Shown here piece after piece: positions 1-10,642 of a stretch of DNA of 64,000 bases. Every line of letters starts with the position of its first letter. The first letter of the stretch is position 1. The position numbers were made by a program, and so were the translations under genes. Source of the stretch: Candidatus Bathyarchaeia archaeon (lineage in GTDB: Archaea > Thermoproteota > Bathyarchaeia > 40CM-2-53-6); contig JBEKFP010000001.1 in NCBI GenBank assembly GCA_050013255.1, positions 1,248,001 through 1,312,000 on the forward strand, given 5' to 3'. Below the pieces are notes generated by a model. It was not told the DNA's origin. It ran no database searches and saw only the letters and a list, made by a program, of their open reading frames with translations.

Positions 1-2
1 CG

Positions 3-554
3 TTGAATGAACTTCATGCGAGGCATTGGGGTGAAAATTTGACCCGCCACGAATTGGAAGTCTTATTCCTTGTGCCATTAATAGCCGCGGTCTCAATTGG
101 AGCATACGGCATGCTCATCCTATACGACGCGTCCCGTTCCCTGATTGTCCCTCTGATGCTCTTGGTTTTCATTTCCATGGAAACTTTCTTTTTGGTCGCC
201 TATAACTCGGACATTGCGAAAGGAAGGTTCCACAGCACGGCTTCATTCGCCTTCTCATGGGCGGCTCTGCCCGTCATAATTAGCTTCTACGTGAACGCTC
301 TAACCATAACGCTCTCCGCTGTCCTCGTAGCCTCCGCGATGGCCGCAACCGCCGCCATAGAAATTACCCTCTCCCGGTGGTGCAAAGATTTCAGGCGAAA
401 GAACCCCACTGTCGAGTTGCAGTTTGCAGACAGAACCAAACAAAATTTGAACGCACCCGAACTTATCGCCAGCCCTGAGAAGGCTCTGAAACTAATCGTA
501 GTTGCCGTCGACCTCCTCAGCATAGGCTTGATTGTTCATAAATTGCTAACTTGA
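3..554 (+). CDS. Multi-pass membrane protein, 5'-partial (possibly UbiA-like)
   Basis: ORF runs from the window edge; several hydrophobic helices. Confidence 0.5.
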   Translation: MNELHARHWGENLTRHELEVLFLVPLIAAVSIGAYGMLILYDASRSLIVPLMLLVFISMETFFLVAYNSDIAKGRFHSTASFAFSWAALPVIISFYVNALTITLSAVLVASAMAATAAIEITLSRWCKDFRRKNPTVELQFADRTKQNLNAPELIASPEKALKLIVVAVDLLSIGLIVHKLLT

Positions 555-730
555 ACCGCAGACTTACGCAGCGAAAGCGTTCCAGCAGATTCCGACTGGA
601 TTCGTGGAAAAGGCTAGGTAACTTAGTCGTTTTGGTGGGAGTAGTATTTCCATTCGGTTTTCTTAGACAAGCATTATAATCCTGGGGGAAGCCCCGTTTG
701 CGCAGGGTTTCGAGAAGGGGCTCGTTCGGT

Positions 731-2698
731 TTGCTAAAGAGCACACCGATGAAACGATTCTACTTGGCCCTGCCTACGAAGTATGAGGACCAGGTAATCG
801 AAACCCTCGGCGGACTCGGGACCGTCCAGTTAATCACGGATTATACGATCAACGGCTTCAAGAGAGTCGACACCGTTGAGAAATGTGAAAAATATGTGAA
901 ACTTCAACAGAGGATTAGATCCATCTTATCGACCCTCCCGCCTGAGAAAGTTACGAAGAAAAGCCTCTTGCACTTCCTGAAGAAAAGCGCCGCCAGCCCG
1001 ATACAGAAAGGAACCGGCTCTTCAAACGCTAGCTTAGAGCAGATTGAATCACGAGTCCTCGAGACAGAAACGCAGCTAGACACCTCAGTCGGAAAATTAG
1101 AGGCGCTACGCTCCAACCTGAAAGAACTCAAAACCCTAGATGAGACCCTCCTAATTCTCAAAAAACACGAACTCAGGGCAGACGCACTCGGTGGCTTCGA
1201 AAACATCTTCGTTAAGGCCGGTTTCATAAATAGAGCATTTTCAGAGAAACTCGAGAAGTATGTCGAAGGAACCGAGGTGAAATTTGTAAAGTGGCCTGAC
1301 AAACGCGAGGAGGATTTTGTTTTTGTTCTAGGCCTCAACCGTGATAAGCAGTACATGGAAGAGACTCTAACACGACTCAACTTTGCGGAATTAACAATCC
1401 CCAAAGGAGTCTCACCCGATCCTGTAGAAGCCCTAGATAAGAATCGGGCATCTATGGTCAAGCTCCAGCGGGAGATTGGTGATGTTGAGAAAGACGTGAG
1501 AAGTATTTGTGAAGAGTTTCAGAACAAGGCGGCGGGATTCGAGCCAGTGGTCCGTAGGGCCCTTGCAGTTGAGGGCGCCAGGTCGGCTTTCGGGCGAACC
1601 GAGACGTTAAGCTTGGTTCATGGCTGGGTTCCCGCGGAACAGGAAGCGCCCCTTAGCGAGACAGTTGTAGCGTCATCGAATGGCGCCGCCGTTCTTAGAT
1701 TCAGTGACCCAGCACCTGGCGACAAGCCCCCTGTTCGAATTAACCATAGGGGGATCGCGGGGTCTTTTGAACTGTTTACGAAATTAAGGGGAACACCTGC
1801 ATACAATGAAATTGATCCCACTCTGATAGTCACCGTTCTCTTTACGATCATGTACGGAATGATGTTCGGGGACATCGGGCAAGGTGCCCTGCTCTTGGTA
1901 ATGGGCTTGGTCTTCAGCCGACTTCAACGGAGCTTCTTGGGAATTCCTGCCGGGGCAATGAGGAAGTTGGGAGGTATCCTAGCGACATGTGGCATATCTG
2001 CTATGTTCTTCGGGTCGCTTTACGGTGAGTTCTTCTTATCCGAGGCTTTCCGCCCCATCTTTGTGAATCCAATCCAGGGCCAGGCCACTATGATCATAGT
2101 GGCGCTCTTGTTCGGAGTCGTACAATTATCCCTAGGACTGGTTCTCAAAATTGTGAACCTGGTTAGGGCAAGGGCGATGATCGAAGCTGCTTTCGGAGGG
2201 GTTAGGCTCGTTTACTACGTAAGTGGCGTAGCGCTAGCTGTAAAGTACGCAACGAGCATGTCACTAGCAGTTTTCGCCGAAAACCTATGGCTTACAACTC
2301 TTGCACTTACCTGTCTCCTAATTGTCTTCCTCTCCCCCACAATTGAGGGCGTTATGAAACACGAGTTCAGGTTTGGTGAAGGTATAATGAAGGGCGCTTC
2401 GGAGTTCATCGAGACGTTCCTCTCATACTTGACCAATTCGATTTCTTACGTGCGGTTGGCCGCGTTCGCGATAGCTCATTCAGCTCTCGGCATATCAGCG
2501 GTCATAATGGCAACGACAATCGGTGTCATACCCGGCTTTCTTGTAATGAATTTCCTGGGAATGACAATCGAGGCGCTCGGGGTTTTCATACAATGCATGA
2601 GGTTAACATACTACGAATTCTTCACCAAGTTTTATTCTGGGAACGGAGTCCCATATCGTCCGTTCTCGCTCCCGAAAATCCTCGGAACCGTTAAATAA
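731..2698 (+). CDS. atpI: A/V-type ATP synthase subunit I (a)
   Basis: P..YNEIDPT, YGMMFGDIGQG, SYVRLAA, RLTYYEFFTKFY motifs; TTG start at 731 (MLKSTPMKRF) preferred over 698. Confidence 0.95.
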   Translation: MLKSTPMKRFYLALPTKYEDQVIETLGGLGTVQLITDYTINGFKRVDTVEKCEKYVKLQQRIRSILSTLPPEKVTKKSLLHFLKKSAASPIQKGTGSSNASLEQIESRVLETETQLDTSVGKLEALRSNLKELKTLDETLLILKKHELRADALGGFENIFVKAGFINRAFSEKLEKYVEGTEVKFVKWPDKREEDFVFVLGLNRDKQYMEETLTRLNFAELTIPKGVSPDPVEALDKNRASMVKLQREIGDVEKDVRSICEEFQNKAAGFEPVVRRALAVEGARSAFGRTETLSLVHGWVPAEQEAPLSETVVASSNGAAVLRFSDPAPGDKPPVRINHRGIAGSFELFTKLRGTPAYNEIDPTLIVTVLFTIMYGMMFGDIGQGALLLVMGLVFSRLQRSFLGIPAGAMRKLGGILATCGISAMFFGSLYGEFFLSEAFRPIFVNPIQGQATMIIVALLFGVVQLSLGLVLKIVNLVRARAMIEAAFGGVRLVYYVSGVALAVKYATSMSLAVFAENLWLTTLALTCLLIVFLSPTIEGVMKHEFRFGEGIMKGASEFIETFLSYLTNSISYVRLAAFAIAHSALGISAVIMATTIGVIPGFLVMNFLGMTIEALGVFIQCMRLTYYEFFTKFYSGNGVPYRPFSLPKILGTVK

Positions 2699-2713
2699 TG
2701 AGGCCCAACGCCA

Positions 2714-3070
2714 ATGGCCACGATCTTGTTGAACCCTCAAAGAAGTTCGCACTGGAAGAGAAACCTGCTACTATTGTCGCCCTTTCTCGTGGCCCTGTTC
2801 TTGTTCACGTTTTCTGTTGCAACCACATTCGCTCAGCAAACAGCCACACCACAGACGACGGGGAGTTACGATATTCTAGGCGCTGGCTTAGCAGTCGGTC
2901 TTTGCGGCATTGGCGCGGGCTTGGCGATTTATGGGTCTACTTCAGCCGGTCTAGCAGCTATGGTCGAAAGGCCTGAGCTCACCACATGGGTTCTTGTTTT
3001 TGCTGGTTTAGGCGAAGGGATCGCTATCTACGGGTTAGTCGTTGCTATCCTAATTCTAGGTAGACACTAA
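2714..3070 (+). CDS. atpK: A/V-type ATP synthase proteolipid subunit K (c)
   Basis: GAGLAVGL..IGAG and GLGEGIAIYG hairpin with conserved Glu; signal-like N-terminal extension. Confidence 0.93.
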   Translation: MATILLNPQRSSHWKRNLLLLSPFLVALFLFTFSVATTFAQQTATPQTTGSYDILGAGLAVGLCGIGAGLAIYGSTSAGLAAMVERPELTTWVLVFAGLGEGIAIYGLVVAILILGRH

Positions 3071-3084
3071 AGTTAATAGACCTA

Positions 3085-4116
3085 TCAGTCCTGGACTCCG
3101 AACAAATCTTTCGGGATAACTTCCTCGCCCAAGTTCAATTGTCTGCCTGTTACGATTGAAATCAGGTTCTTCGCCTCACACTCACACAGGAGAAGGTATG
3201 CGATTATGTATCCAACCTGAAGCGGGTGCGTTGTCAAAACTGCTGAAGCGTCGCCGTAGAGCTGCTTGAAGAAAACCCGTTCGAGGAGCAATGAAGAGCC
3301 CTTCTTGAGCAAGTTTGCGGCTTCTGAGGCGAGCTTAGAATAGTCTGTCCTCAGTAGGTTCGGGGCCTCCTGTAGTTGGCTTTGGAGCAAGGCTCGCAGC
3401 GTTGTCTTCGGAAGGGCATAGGATACCGGGATTGTGGATTCTTCTATGAGCTTTGCAGAGACGTCTCTCGTCTTTAAGGAAAACACAGTGAGCAAGTTCC
3501 TCAGGTCTATTTCTTCTCCTATTAGATTCCTGGCTCCCTGCATCTTTCCTGCCAGCTCCCAGACTCTGCTGAAGTAGATCTTATCGAGAGCTGCCTCAAG
3601 GATCATGGTTGTTCCGCTCTCTTCGTATGCTTGAAGCTTCGCCAGAATTGGGCGATACTGGCTATCGCGGAGAAGCGATGCTACCTCGTCCACGTCTTTC
3701 GCTTTGAGGAGCGCAGGAAAGTTCACGAGCGTGTACTCTCTTTGTAGAGGAATGAGGTTCAGTTCTTCCGCGTTTTGGCCGCCGTGTTTCGCCCTGATGA
3801 TCCTCTTTATGTTCTCTACTTCGAATCTAGCGGAGTATCTGGTGAGCAGATCCTGCATCTTCCCTTGGGCGGAACGACGTACGAAAAAGAACCTCTCCAC
3901 GAGTTTCTTGAGAATGATGTTTTCTAATGTTGTTGCGTCCTGTTCTTGCGTGGGTAGTTGACCGATCTCAACGGCGTAGTCTGTCTTGAGCAGGTTATCG
4001 TAAACGTCTCTCAGGGTTTTTGCCTTGGCTAGAATTTGCATGTCACGCGGGGTTATGAGATGGGTTCGTAATCCATGTGTTCGGGTGACGAGGTAAACGC
4101 TCGCTCCTCGTCGCAT
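3085..4116 (-). CDS. atpC: A/V-type ATP synthase subunit C (d)
   Basis: FEVENIKRIIRAK, EIDLRNL, E.EAKNL motifs; operon context. Confidence 0.88.
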   Translation of the reverse strand: MRRGASVYLVTRTHGLRTHLITPRDMQILAKAKTLRDVYDNLLKTDYAVEIGQLPTQEQDATTLENIILKKLVERFFFVRRSAQGKMQDLLTRYSARFEVENIKRIIRAKHGGQNAEELNLIPLQREYTLVNFPALLKAKDVDEVASLLRDSQYRPILAKLQAYEESGTTMILEAALDKIYFSRVWELAGKMQGARNLIGEEIDLRNLLTVFSLKTRDVSAKLIEESTIPVSYALPKTTLRALLQSQLQEAPNLLRTDYSKLASEAANLLKKGSSLLLERVFFKQLYGDASAVLTTHPLQVGYIIAYLLLCECEAKNLISIVTGRQLNLGEEVIPKDLFGVQD

Positions 4117-4725
4117 CTATTTTGTTCCTCTGATTAACGCTTTTACACGTTTGGCTCTGAAGAATTCTTCGAGCGTTTCCTCTTCAAGTCTCCCCTCAAT
4201 GTATCGGAGGGTTTCAATTATGTTTGGTAGGATGACTCTTTCTAGGGCGTTTACTTTGCGGTTTGTTAACATGAGTTCTTGGGCGATGCTTTCTATCCTT
4301 GCCTCGGCTTCGGCTATGCTCAGCAACTCTCCCATCGAGCTTGTCAGTTGTTCTGCAGCGGCGTAGGCTGAAGGGTCTGTGATTGAATTAATTGCTGGCT
4401 TCTGTCCCTGCACAATCTCAGGCACCAAGACGCCCATAACGCTGCGTAGTCTTACTTTGGCCTCTAGAGGTTTGACGGTGAAGGCTTGCGATTGAAGCCG
4501 CGAGTAACCGAGCGTCACGTAGGCTGCTCTCAATGAACCATAAGCTTCCATGAGCCGTTGTTCAAACTCATGTCGAACCTTGATTTTGGCGAGGAGCCTA
4601 TTCGTCTCCGCGGCTAAGTTGTCTCGTTTCATCTCGAGAAGTTCTTTGCCGCGTTTTGTGAAGTCTAGTTGCTCGCGTAGTCTGAGCAGAACTCCTCTTG
4701 TAACGGCGACTCTTCCAAGGCTCAT
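4117..4725 (-). CDS. atpD: A/V-type ATP synthase subunit D
   Basis: [34 protein letters not shown]. Confidence 0.95.
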   Translation of the reverse strand: MSLGRVAVTRGVLLRLREQLDFTKRGKELLEMKRDNLAAETNRLLAKIKVRHEFEQRLMEAYGSLRAAYVTLGYSRLQSQAFTVKPLEAKVRLRSVMGVLVPEIVQGQKPAINSITDPSAYAAAEQLTSSMGELLSIAEAEARIESIAQELMLTNRKVNALERVILPNIIETLRYIEGRLEEETLEEFFRAKRVKALIRGTK

Positions 4726-6149
4726 TGTGGCTTAGGCGCCTGTTCTTTGTTTGCTACGTGTTTGGGGTGATACTTCTGAATGTATTCTTCATGAATTCGA
4801 GTCAAGGCATCTTCTGGCAGTATCCCTAGCAATGACCACGCTATGCCAAGGCTCTGTTCTATCGACCTATTCTCGAACTCGCCTTGTCTTACCAGCCGTG
4901 ACTCGAAATCGTCAGCGAATTTAAGGTAAAGCCGCTCTTCCTCACTCAAACCGACGTTCCCAACTATCCTCGCAAGGTCGCGAGCCTGTCGTCCCCTTGC
5001 GTAGGCCCCGTACAGTTGGTCGGCCACATCTCCGTGATCCTCTCTCGTCTTGCCTTTCCCTATGCCCTTCCTCATCAGTCTACTTAGGCATGGTAGGACG
5101 TTGATCGGCGGATAAATTCCCCTCATGAATAGTTCCCGGTCCAGGAAAATTTGGCCTTCCGTTATGTACCCAGTCAAGTCAGGGATCGGATGTTGAAGGT
5201 CTCCCCCGGGCATTGTCAATATGGGCATCTGAGTCAAGGAGCCGCGTGAACCTTCGATGACTCCTGCCCTCTCGTATATGGAGGCCAAATCACTGTAAAG
5301 ATATCCCGGGTACCCTTTTCGACTCGGGACTTCCTCCCTCGCAGCGCTCAATTCCCGAAGGACCTCCGCGTAGTTCGTCATATCGCTTAGGATTACCAGA
5401 ACGTGCATACCAAGGTCATAAGCCATGTACTCCGCAACAGTCAGCGCTATTCGGGGAGTGAATAGCCTCTCGATTGCTGGGTCATCTGCCAGGTTTAGAA
5501 CGACTACAGATCGTTCCAGCGCCCCAGAGGTTCTGAATTCATCTATGAAATATTCTGCTTCGTCATGGCGCAAACCCATTGCCGCGAATACCAGCGCGAA
5601 CTCTTCTTTTTCCCCGAGGACGGTTGCTTGTCGAGAGATTTGTGCGATCAGTTTGTTGTGGGGTAAGCCGCTCTCCGAGAAGATTGGGAGTTTCTGGCCT
5701 CTCACTAGGGAGAGCATTCCATCGATGGCCGAGATTCCGGTTTGGATGAAGTTGTTCGGGTACACTCGAGCTTTGGGATTGATTGGAGCTCCATTAATGT
5801 CCCGTGATTCGTCGGAGACGATTGCAGGTAGGCGGTCCACGGGTTCGAATACTCCGTTGAATACTCTTCCAAGAAGTTCGTTGGACAAAGGTATCTTGAA
5901 GGCCGATCCCGAGAAGCTCAGGATTGAGTTGGATTCAAGTCCCATCACTCCGCCGAAGACTTGGATAACGGCTTTGCCCCTTCCAACCTCCATGACTCTG
6001 CCCATTCTGTCGATTCCGTCTGGGGCACGAACCTTGACTAGCTCGTCATATCCGACGTTCTCCACATTGTCAACCATTACTAGGGATCCTTTGATTTCGC
6101 TGAGTCCCTTGTGGATTAATCCATACGTCTTTCCTAGCATCGTTTCCAC
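4722..6149 (-). CDS. atpB: A/V-type ATP synthase subunit B
   Basis: [48 protein letters not shown]. Confidence 0.97.
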   Translation of the reverse strand: METMLGKTYGLIHKGLSEIKGSLVMVDNVENVGYDELVKVRAPDGIDRMGRVMEVGRGKAVIQVFGGVMGLESNSILSFSGSAFKIPLSNELLGRVFNGVFEPVDRLPAIVSDESRDINGAPINPKARVYPNNFIQTGISAIDGMLSLVRGQKLPIFSESGLPHNKLIAQISRQATVLGEKEEFALVFAAMGLRHDEAEYFIDEFRTSGALERSVVVLNLADDPAIERLFTPRIALTVAEYMAYDLGMHVLVILSDMTNYAEVLRELSAAREEVPSRKGYPGYLYSDLASIYERAGVIEGSRGSLTQMPILTMPGGDLQHPIPDLTGYITEGQIFLDRELFMRGIYPPINVLPCLSRLMRKGIGKGKTREDHGDVADQLYGAYARGRQARDLARIVGNVGLSEEERLYLKFADDFESRLVRQGEFENRSIEQSLGIAWSLLGILPEDALTRIHEEYIQKYHPKHVANKEQAPKPQ

Positions 6150-6155
6150 AAACTC

Positions 6156-7988
6156 CTAGGTTTCGAGGTCATACTCCCGTCCGATTTTGACGAGTGCGTC
6201 TTGGACTTCTGCTGTGAGCTTGGCGATTCCTTCCACGCCGCTCTTTTCTTCTTTGGCTCTCTCCATTCTCTTGATGTAGGGTAGTTCCTTTATTTTCTCG
6301 GCGGGAACTCCGTTCCGCACGAGAATGCTGGATCTTTCATAGAAGTCTATGAGCATCTGGAGCAAAGCTAGTTGTTTCTCCATATCGCAGAAGGCGTCGA
6401 CTTCGTGGTAGGCGAACTGCCTGAGAAAGGCCTCTTTTATCAGCTCGGCTGAGAGGAGCATTAGTCTTTGGTCGTCGGGTAGGGCGCGTTCGCCCATAAT
6501 CCTTGCTATGGATTCGATCTCTGAGGATTCGCTTAGAATTCTGAGGGCTTTAGTCCGCAATTCTTCGAAATTGCCACTGAGCTTTCCTTTCCAGTAAGCC
6601 GCGATTTTTTCTGAGTAGTCACTGAAGCTCTCGGCCCAAGCACCCGAAAGCCTGTCCACGTATAGGCTGTAGCTCTTCAACCAATGTATGGCTGGAAAGT
6701 GTCTGCTGTAGGCAAGGTCGCGGTCTAGAGCCCAGAATACTCCAGTGAATCTCAATGTGTGGATAGTGACTGGTTCATTGAAATCTCCGCCAGGAGGCGA
6801 TACGGCTCCAATGATCGATACTGAGCCCGTTCTTTTCGGTTCTCCCAGCGCTACTACCTTCCCCGCCCTCTCGTAGAACTCAGCTATTCTATCCGGGAGG
6901 TATGCGGGGTACCCGCCTTCGGCAGGCATCTCCTCCAATCGGCCCGAAATTTCACGCAGAGCTTCGGCCCACCTAGAAGTCGAGTCAGCCATTATTGCGA
7001 CGTCGTACCCTTGGTCACGGTAGTACTCGGCCATGGTTACGCCTAGGTATATGCTGGCCTCTCTAGCAGCTACTGGCATGTTACTCGTGTTCGCGATGAG
7101 TATCGTTCTCTCCATGAGGGGTCTACCGGTCCTCGGATCGGTCAGTTCTGGAAAGTCCGTGAGTACTTCGCAGATCTCATTTCCTCTTTCCCCGCATCCG
7201 ATGTACACGATGACTTTGGAATCACTCCATTTTGCGAGGGAATGCAACATCACGGTCTTTCCTGTTCCAAATCCTCCCGGGATGCTGGCCGTTCCACCTT
7301 TGGGGAGGGGGAAGAACGTGTCTATCACCCTCTGCCCCGTCACAAGTGGTTCCTCCAGAGGGATTCTTTCGCCAGGCCTAAATGGCCTCGGAATTCTGAT
7401 GGGCCACTCTTGCATTAATCTAAGGTCTATTTGGACTCCATCGGGAGTTTCAAGTCGCCCAATCGGTTCGTCCACCGTGTAGTCGCCCTCATTTATCGAG
7501 AGCACCTTGCCCTTGCTGCCTGGAGGAAGCATTATTCTATGAACGACCGCAGGCGTCTCCTGAACAAGGCCAAGAACAGTTCCTCCCTCGATCTTGTCAC
7601 CCGTTTTCACTTCGGGTTTGAAGTGCCACTTCTTTTCCCTGGACAGTGTGTTTACCCGAACGCCTCTGCCAATGAAGGGCCCCATCAACTTCCTAATGGT
7701 TTCCAGCGGCCTTCCTATTCCATCGAGGATGCTGTCAAGAAGTCCTGGGCCAAGTTCTGCCACAAGTCGCTTACCTGTTGCATTCACCATTTCTCCGGGG
7801 CGAAGTCCGGTCGTCACTTCGTAGACTTGAATTGTGAATTCTCCGGCGCCAACTCCTATGACCTCTCCAGCTAAGTGTTCGTTTCCCACTTCAACTATCT
7901 CGCCCATTTCAATGTCTGAGATTCCGGTTGCGATGATGACGGCGCCACTAATCCACCTGATCTGGCCCTTCCTGCTTGACTTACTCAT
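6156..7988 (-). CDS. atpA: A/V-type ATP synthase subunit A
   Basis: Walker A GGFGTGKT, GCGERGNE, DSTSRWAEALRE, VSPPGGDF; no intein visible. Confidence 0.97.
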   Translation of the reverse strand: MSKSSRKGQIRWISGAVIIATGISDIEMGEIVEVGNEHLAGEVIGVGAGEFTIQVYEVTTGLRPGEMVNATGKRLVAELGPGLLDSILDGIGRPLETIRKLMGPFIGRGVRVNTLSREKKWHFKPEVKTGDKIEGGTVLGLVQETPAVVHRIMLPPGSKGKVLSINEGDYTVDEPIGRLETPDGVQIDLRLMQEWPIRIPRPFRPGERIPLEEPLVTGQRVIDTFFPLPKGGTASIPGGFGTGKTVMLHSLAKWSDSKVIVYIGCGERGNEICEVLTDFPELTDPRTGRPLMERTILIANTSNMPVAAREASIYLGVTMAEYYRDQGYDVAIMADSTSRWAEALREISGRLEEMPAEGGYPAYLPDRIAEFYERAGKVVALGEPKRTGSVSIIGAVSPPGGDFNEPVTIHTLRFTGVFWALDRDLAYSRHFPAIHWLKSYSLYVDRLSGAWAESFSDYSEKIAAYWKGKLSGNFEELRTKALRILSESSEIESIARIMGERALPDDQRLMLLSAELIKEAFLRQFAYHEVDAFCDMEKQLALLQMLIDFYERSSILVRNGVPAEKIKELPYIKRMERAKEEKSGVEGIAKLTAEVQDALVKIGREYDLET

Positions 7989-8619
7989 TCGCGTCACCAG
8001 GTCCAAAGAGGATTTGGCGAATCGTTCCCTCCAGCTTCTGCGATGCGGCGGCTAGTCGCGCTTCCAAAGTGTTGTTGAAGTATTGAACCTGGTCTTCTGT
8101 GGAAACTACTGCTCCGCCTAAGGTTTTTGTCTGCAGCGTCTCGAGGTGAAGAGTGACCTTGTCATTCTTGAGCTTGCTAGCTCTTTCCGTGATAGTTCCT
8201 AGAAGGTTGCTAATCGCTTCCTTGTCTCGCAAGCTCGTTTCGATAATGAATTTGCTTCCGTTCATCTTGCTGATTCCTTCAAGGGTGAGGTTGGCAAGAA
8301 GTTCATTGTATTCCCGTCCACCATTCTCCGCCATTTTCGTGATTCTCTTCTCAACCTCTTCGAACACTCGGTTCGTCCATCCGGATTTGACTCGGAGGAG
8401 GTCTCCCTTTCGGTCCATTCTAGCGATGGCTAGCTCCGCCTTCTCTTGGGCGTCTATTTTCCTACGTAACGCCTTCGTTCTTTCATCTCTAAGGTTCGCA
8501 GTTTTTGCGTTAGCTTCAGCAACTATTTTCTCGGCTTCCGCTCTGGCGGTTTCAAGAATGTTGGAAGCTTCTTCCTGAGCCTTTCTCTCGATCTCAGACT
8601 GCAGTGCTTGTAGGCTCAA
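7981..8619 (-). CDS. atpE: A/V-type ATP synthase subunit E
   Basis: N-terminal Ala/Glu-rich coiled coil, LGG.VV...NNTLEARL C-terminal motif; operon position. Confidence 0.88.
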   Translation of the reverse strand: MSLQALQSEIERKAQEEASNILETARAEAEKIVAEANAKTANLRDERTKALRRKIDAQEKAELAIARMDRKGDLLRVKSGWTNRVFEEVEKRITKMAENGGREYNELLANLTLEGISKMNGSKFIIETSLRDKEAISNLLGTITERASKLKNDKVTLHLETLQTKTLGGAVVSTEDQVQYFNNTLEARLAAASQKLEGTIRQILFGPGDANE

Positions 8620-8936
8620 AGTTTTCCTCTCAATGTCTCTTCATATAGGCGTGCAATGGCTTTCTCTAGGTTCTGCTGTGCGATCTTCTCTAGGGAAGAG
8701 CTGTTTCGCTTGTACTCTTCTCGTATCTCTGCCTTCTTGCGTGCAATCTCATCGTTTCTTGCTTGTTTCAGTTTTTCCCAAGCGGGATCGGACTCGATTG
8801 CCCCTAAGGCAACTTCTGCTTTCTCGCGGGCCTGCTTCAGAATGACCTGCGCTTCTTCCTTGGCCTTTCTGACTTTTTCCTCAGCATTTTTCTCTCTAGC
8901 GATTAGGTCTTGAAGCTCCTTAATGTCGGTCGACAA
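8616..8936 (-). CDS. atpH: A/V-type ATP synthase subunit H/G (peripheral stalk)
   Basis: Short charged helix (EKNAEEKVRKAKEEA) overlapping the atpE start. Confidence 0.75.
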   Translation of the reverse strand: MSTDIKELQDLIAREKNAEEKVRKAKEEAQVILKQAREKAEVALGAIESDPAWEKLKQARNDEIARKKAEIREEYKRNSSSLEKIAQQNLEKAIARLYEETLRGKL

Positions 8937-8945
8937 GTGTCCGAT

Positions 8946-9284
8946 TCAACTCTCGAACTTTAGTTCTGCTCCAACCGACTGTGTGACTAGCGCGCGAAGT
9001 TCACGGAGTCTGTCTCCCGTTGGTCCGCCAAAATCGGGGATTACCGCTATCACCGGCCGTTGCCTCTCTCTTGCTAGGAGTGCCTCCCTTTGCTTTTTTA
9101 GAGAGCTGGATAGATTCTCAGTAATGATTATGACATCATACTTGTCCTCTTCAAGAATTCTATCAAGGGCCGCAGCCGCTTCTGCGGCATCTCGAACCGG
9201 AAACGCAATGACCCCCGCCATCCTGAATCCGAGTGCAAGATACTTGTCAGCAATTATGGCTACTCGATCTTCATTTTGGCCCAT
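8946..9284 (-). CDS. atpF: A/V-type ATP synthase subunit F
   Basis: VAIIAD...GFRMAGV, IIITE, P.IAVIPD, SVGAEL; ATG at 9284. Confidence 0.92.
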   Translation of the reverse strand: MGQNEDRVAIIADKYLALGFRMAGVIAFPVRDAAEAAAALDRILEEDKYDVIIITENLSSSLKKQREALLARERQRPVIAVIPDFGGPTGDRLRELRALVTQSVGAELKFES

Positions 9285-9380
9285 CTTCTTCTCTCCCGTC
9301 CCGCCATTAAGTCTCGTTTCACGTATTGGCATCCTTAGTGGCCAGAGGCGTGTTCGACCCGTCACTCTGGCTACGTAAAG

Positions 9381-9590
9381 TTACCGACCTGAAACGCCAT
9401 GTGAAAGAACGGAACCCCAGTACGCCAATATGGCAATCCCAGCGAGGATTAGCAATACGGCTAAGAGCCAAACCTCGAATGGGGCAACGTAGGGTACCGC
9501 GGCCGAGTACACAAAGTAAAGCACTGTACTCGTGATAATCAGCCCCAGAATCCATAGAAGTATTCCAGCAACACGTGAGATGTATCCCAC
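9381..9590 (-). CDS. Small two-TM membrane protein
   Basis: Two hydrophobic segments; co-oriented upstream of atpF. Confidence 0.55.
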   Translation of the reverse strand: MGYISRVAGILLWILGLIITSTVLYFVYSAAVPYVAPFEVWLLAVLLILAGIAILAYWGSVLSHGVSGR

Positions 9591-9720
9591 TATAATGGTC
9601 TCCTGAATAGGCTGCTAAACTTCCTGCTGAAGCGTGTCAGTTCGGTAGTTAGAAGGATACTTCCGCTAAATAACGTCAATGTTGTCCGAAGAAAACGCTC
9701 TTTGTTAGCGGGGCCCTCTG

Positions 9721-10614
9721 CTAGGCTCCACCTAGGGTGACTACTAGGTCTGTTATGAATCCCGCAGTTAACCCGACAAAGATGCCGAGCATTAGAATGT
9801 CGTACGTGACTTGCCTTCTTCCCGAATTGTACATCAACATGGTGACGTAGATCAATGCGCCCCCAGCTAGGCTGAGGAAGAAGATGTAGGCGAAAGGCGA
9901 GGTCCAGAAGCTGCCCAGCAAAGTTCCAATGAAAGTAGGCCCACCCCCAATCAACCCGGCTAACAGAATGAACCTGTTACTCGGTCTCTTCGAAAGCCCA
10001 GTTAGGGGGGCGGCTATTCCGAATCCTTCAGTCGCATTGTGGGCTGCGAATCCAATGATCAGCATCATAGCTAGCCCTAAAGATCCTGACGCATACGACT
10101 GGCCTATTGCGAGTCCTTCACTCAAATTGTGTGCTCCAATGCCGATGGCTATCATCATTGAAAGCCTGTAGCTGCTCACTTGCTGCAACAATTGCAACTC
10201 GTGCTTCTGATTACCGCCACTCGAACCCCTAACCCTGCTTCCAGCTGGGGTCGGTTGCGGGGTGTCCCTCATGTAGCGGCATCCGTACCGAGTCAATCCC
10301 AACAGACCGAGGGCAAGTCCTCCGAACAATGCGAGAAGGTCAAGCACCCCGTCACTCACGGGCGATTTTCCAACGAAGGCACTGAAGGTCGTGTCTAGGG
10401 TTGATTGCCACGCGTGGCTGAACACATCAATAATCAGAAAGACCAGAATCCCAATCGCAAATGCGTTGAAGAATCCCTTCGCCTTTGAGCTCAATCCCTG
10501 AAGAACTGCGATTGGCAGCCCAAGAAAGATGGTTAGGCCAGCAAAGGCGCCGAGGATGAGGAGTTGAGGATAGTTGACCAATCTACTTGGAACCTGCCAC
10601 GCACGATATGACAT
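9721..10614 (-). CDS. ZIP family metal transporter
   Basis: IGAHNLSEGLAIG and AAHNATEGFGI motifs. Confidence 0.9.
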   Translation of the reverse strand: MSYRAWQVPSRLVNYPQLLILGAFAGLTIFLGLPIAVLQGLSSKAKGFFNAFAIGILVFLIIDVFSHAWQSTLDTTFSAFVGKSPVSDGVLDLLALFGGLALGLLGLTRYGCRYMRDTPQPTPAGSRVRGSSGGNQKHELQLLQQVSSYRLSMMIAIGIGAHNLSEGLAIGQSYASGSLGLAMMLIIGFAAHNATEGFGIAAPLTGLSKRPSNRFILLAGLIGGGPTFIGTLLGSFWTSPFAYIFFLSLAGGALIYVTMLMYNSGRRQVTYDILMLGIFVGLTAGFITDLVVTLGGA

Positions 10615-10642
10615 ATGGCATACTTAATGTTGACTCAACTCA

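Noticed and set aside
5425-9378. Long plus-strand ORFs antisense to the ATP synthase genes, and similar shadow ORFs elsewhere
   Set aside because: They fully overlap well-supported genes on the opposite strand and contain no motifs.
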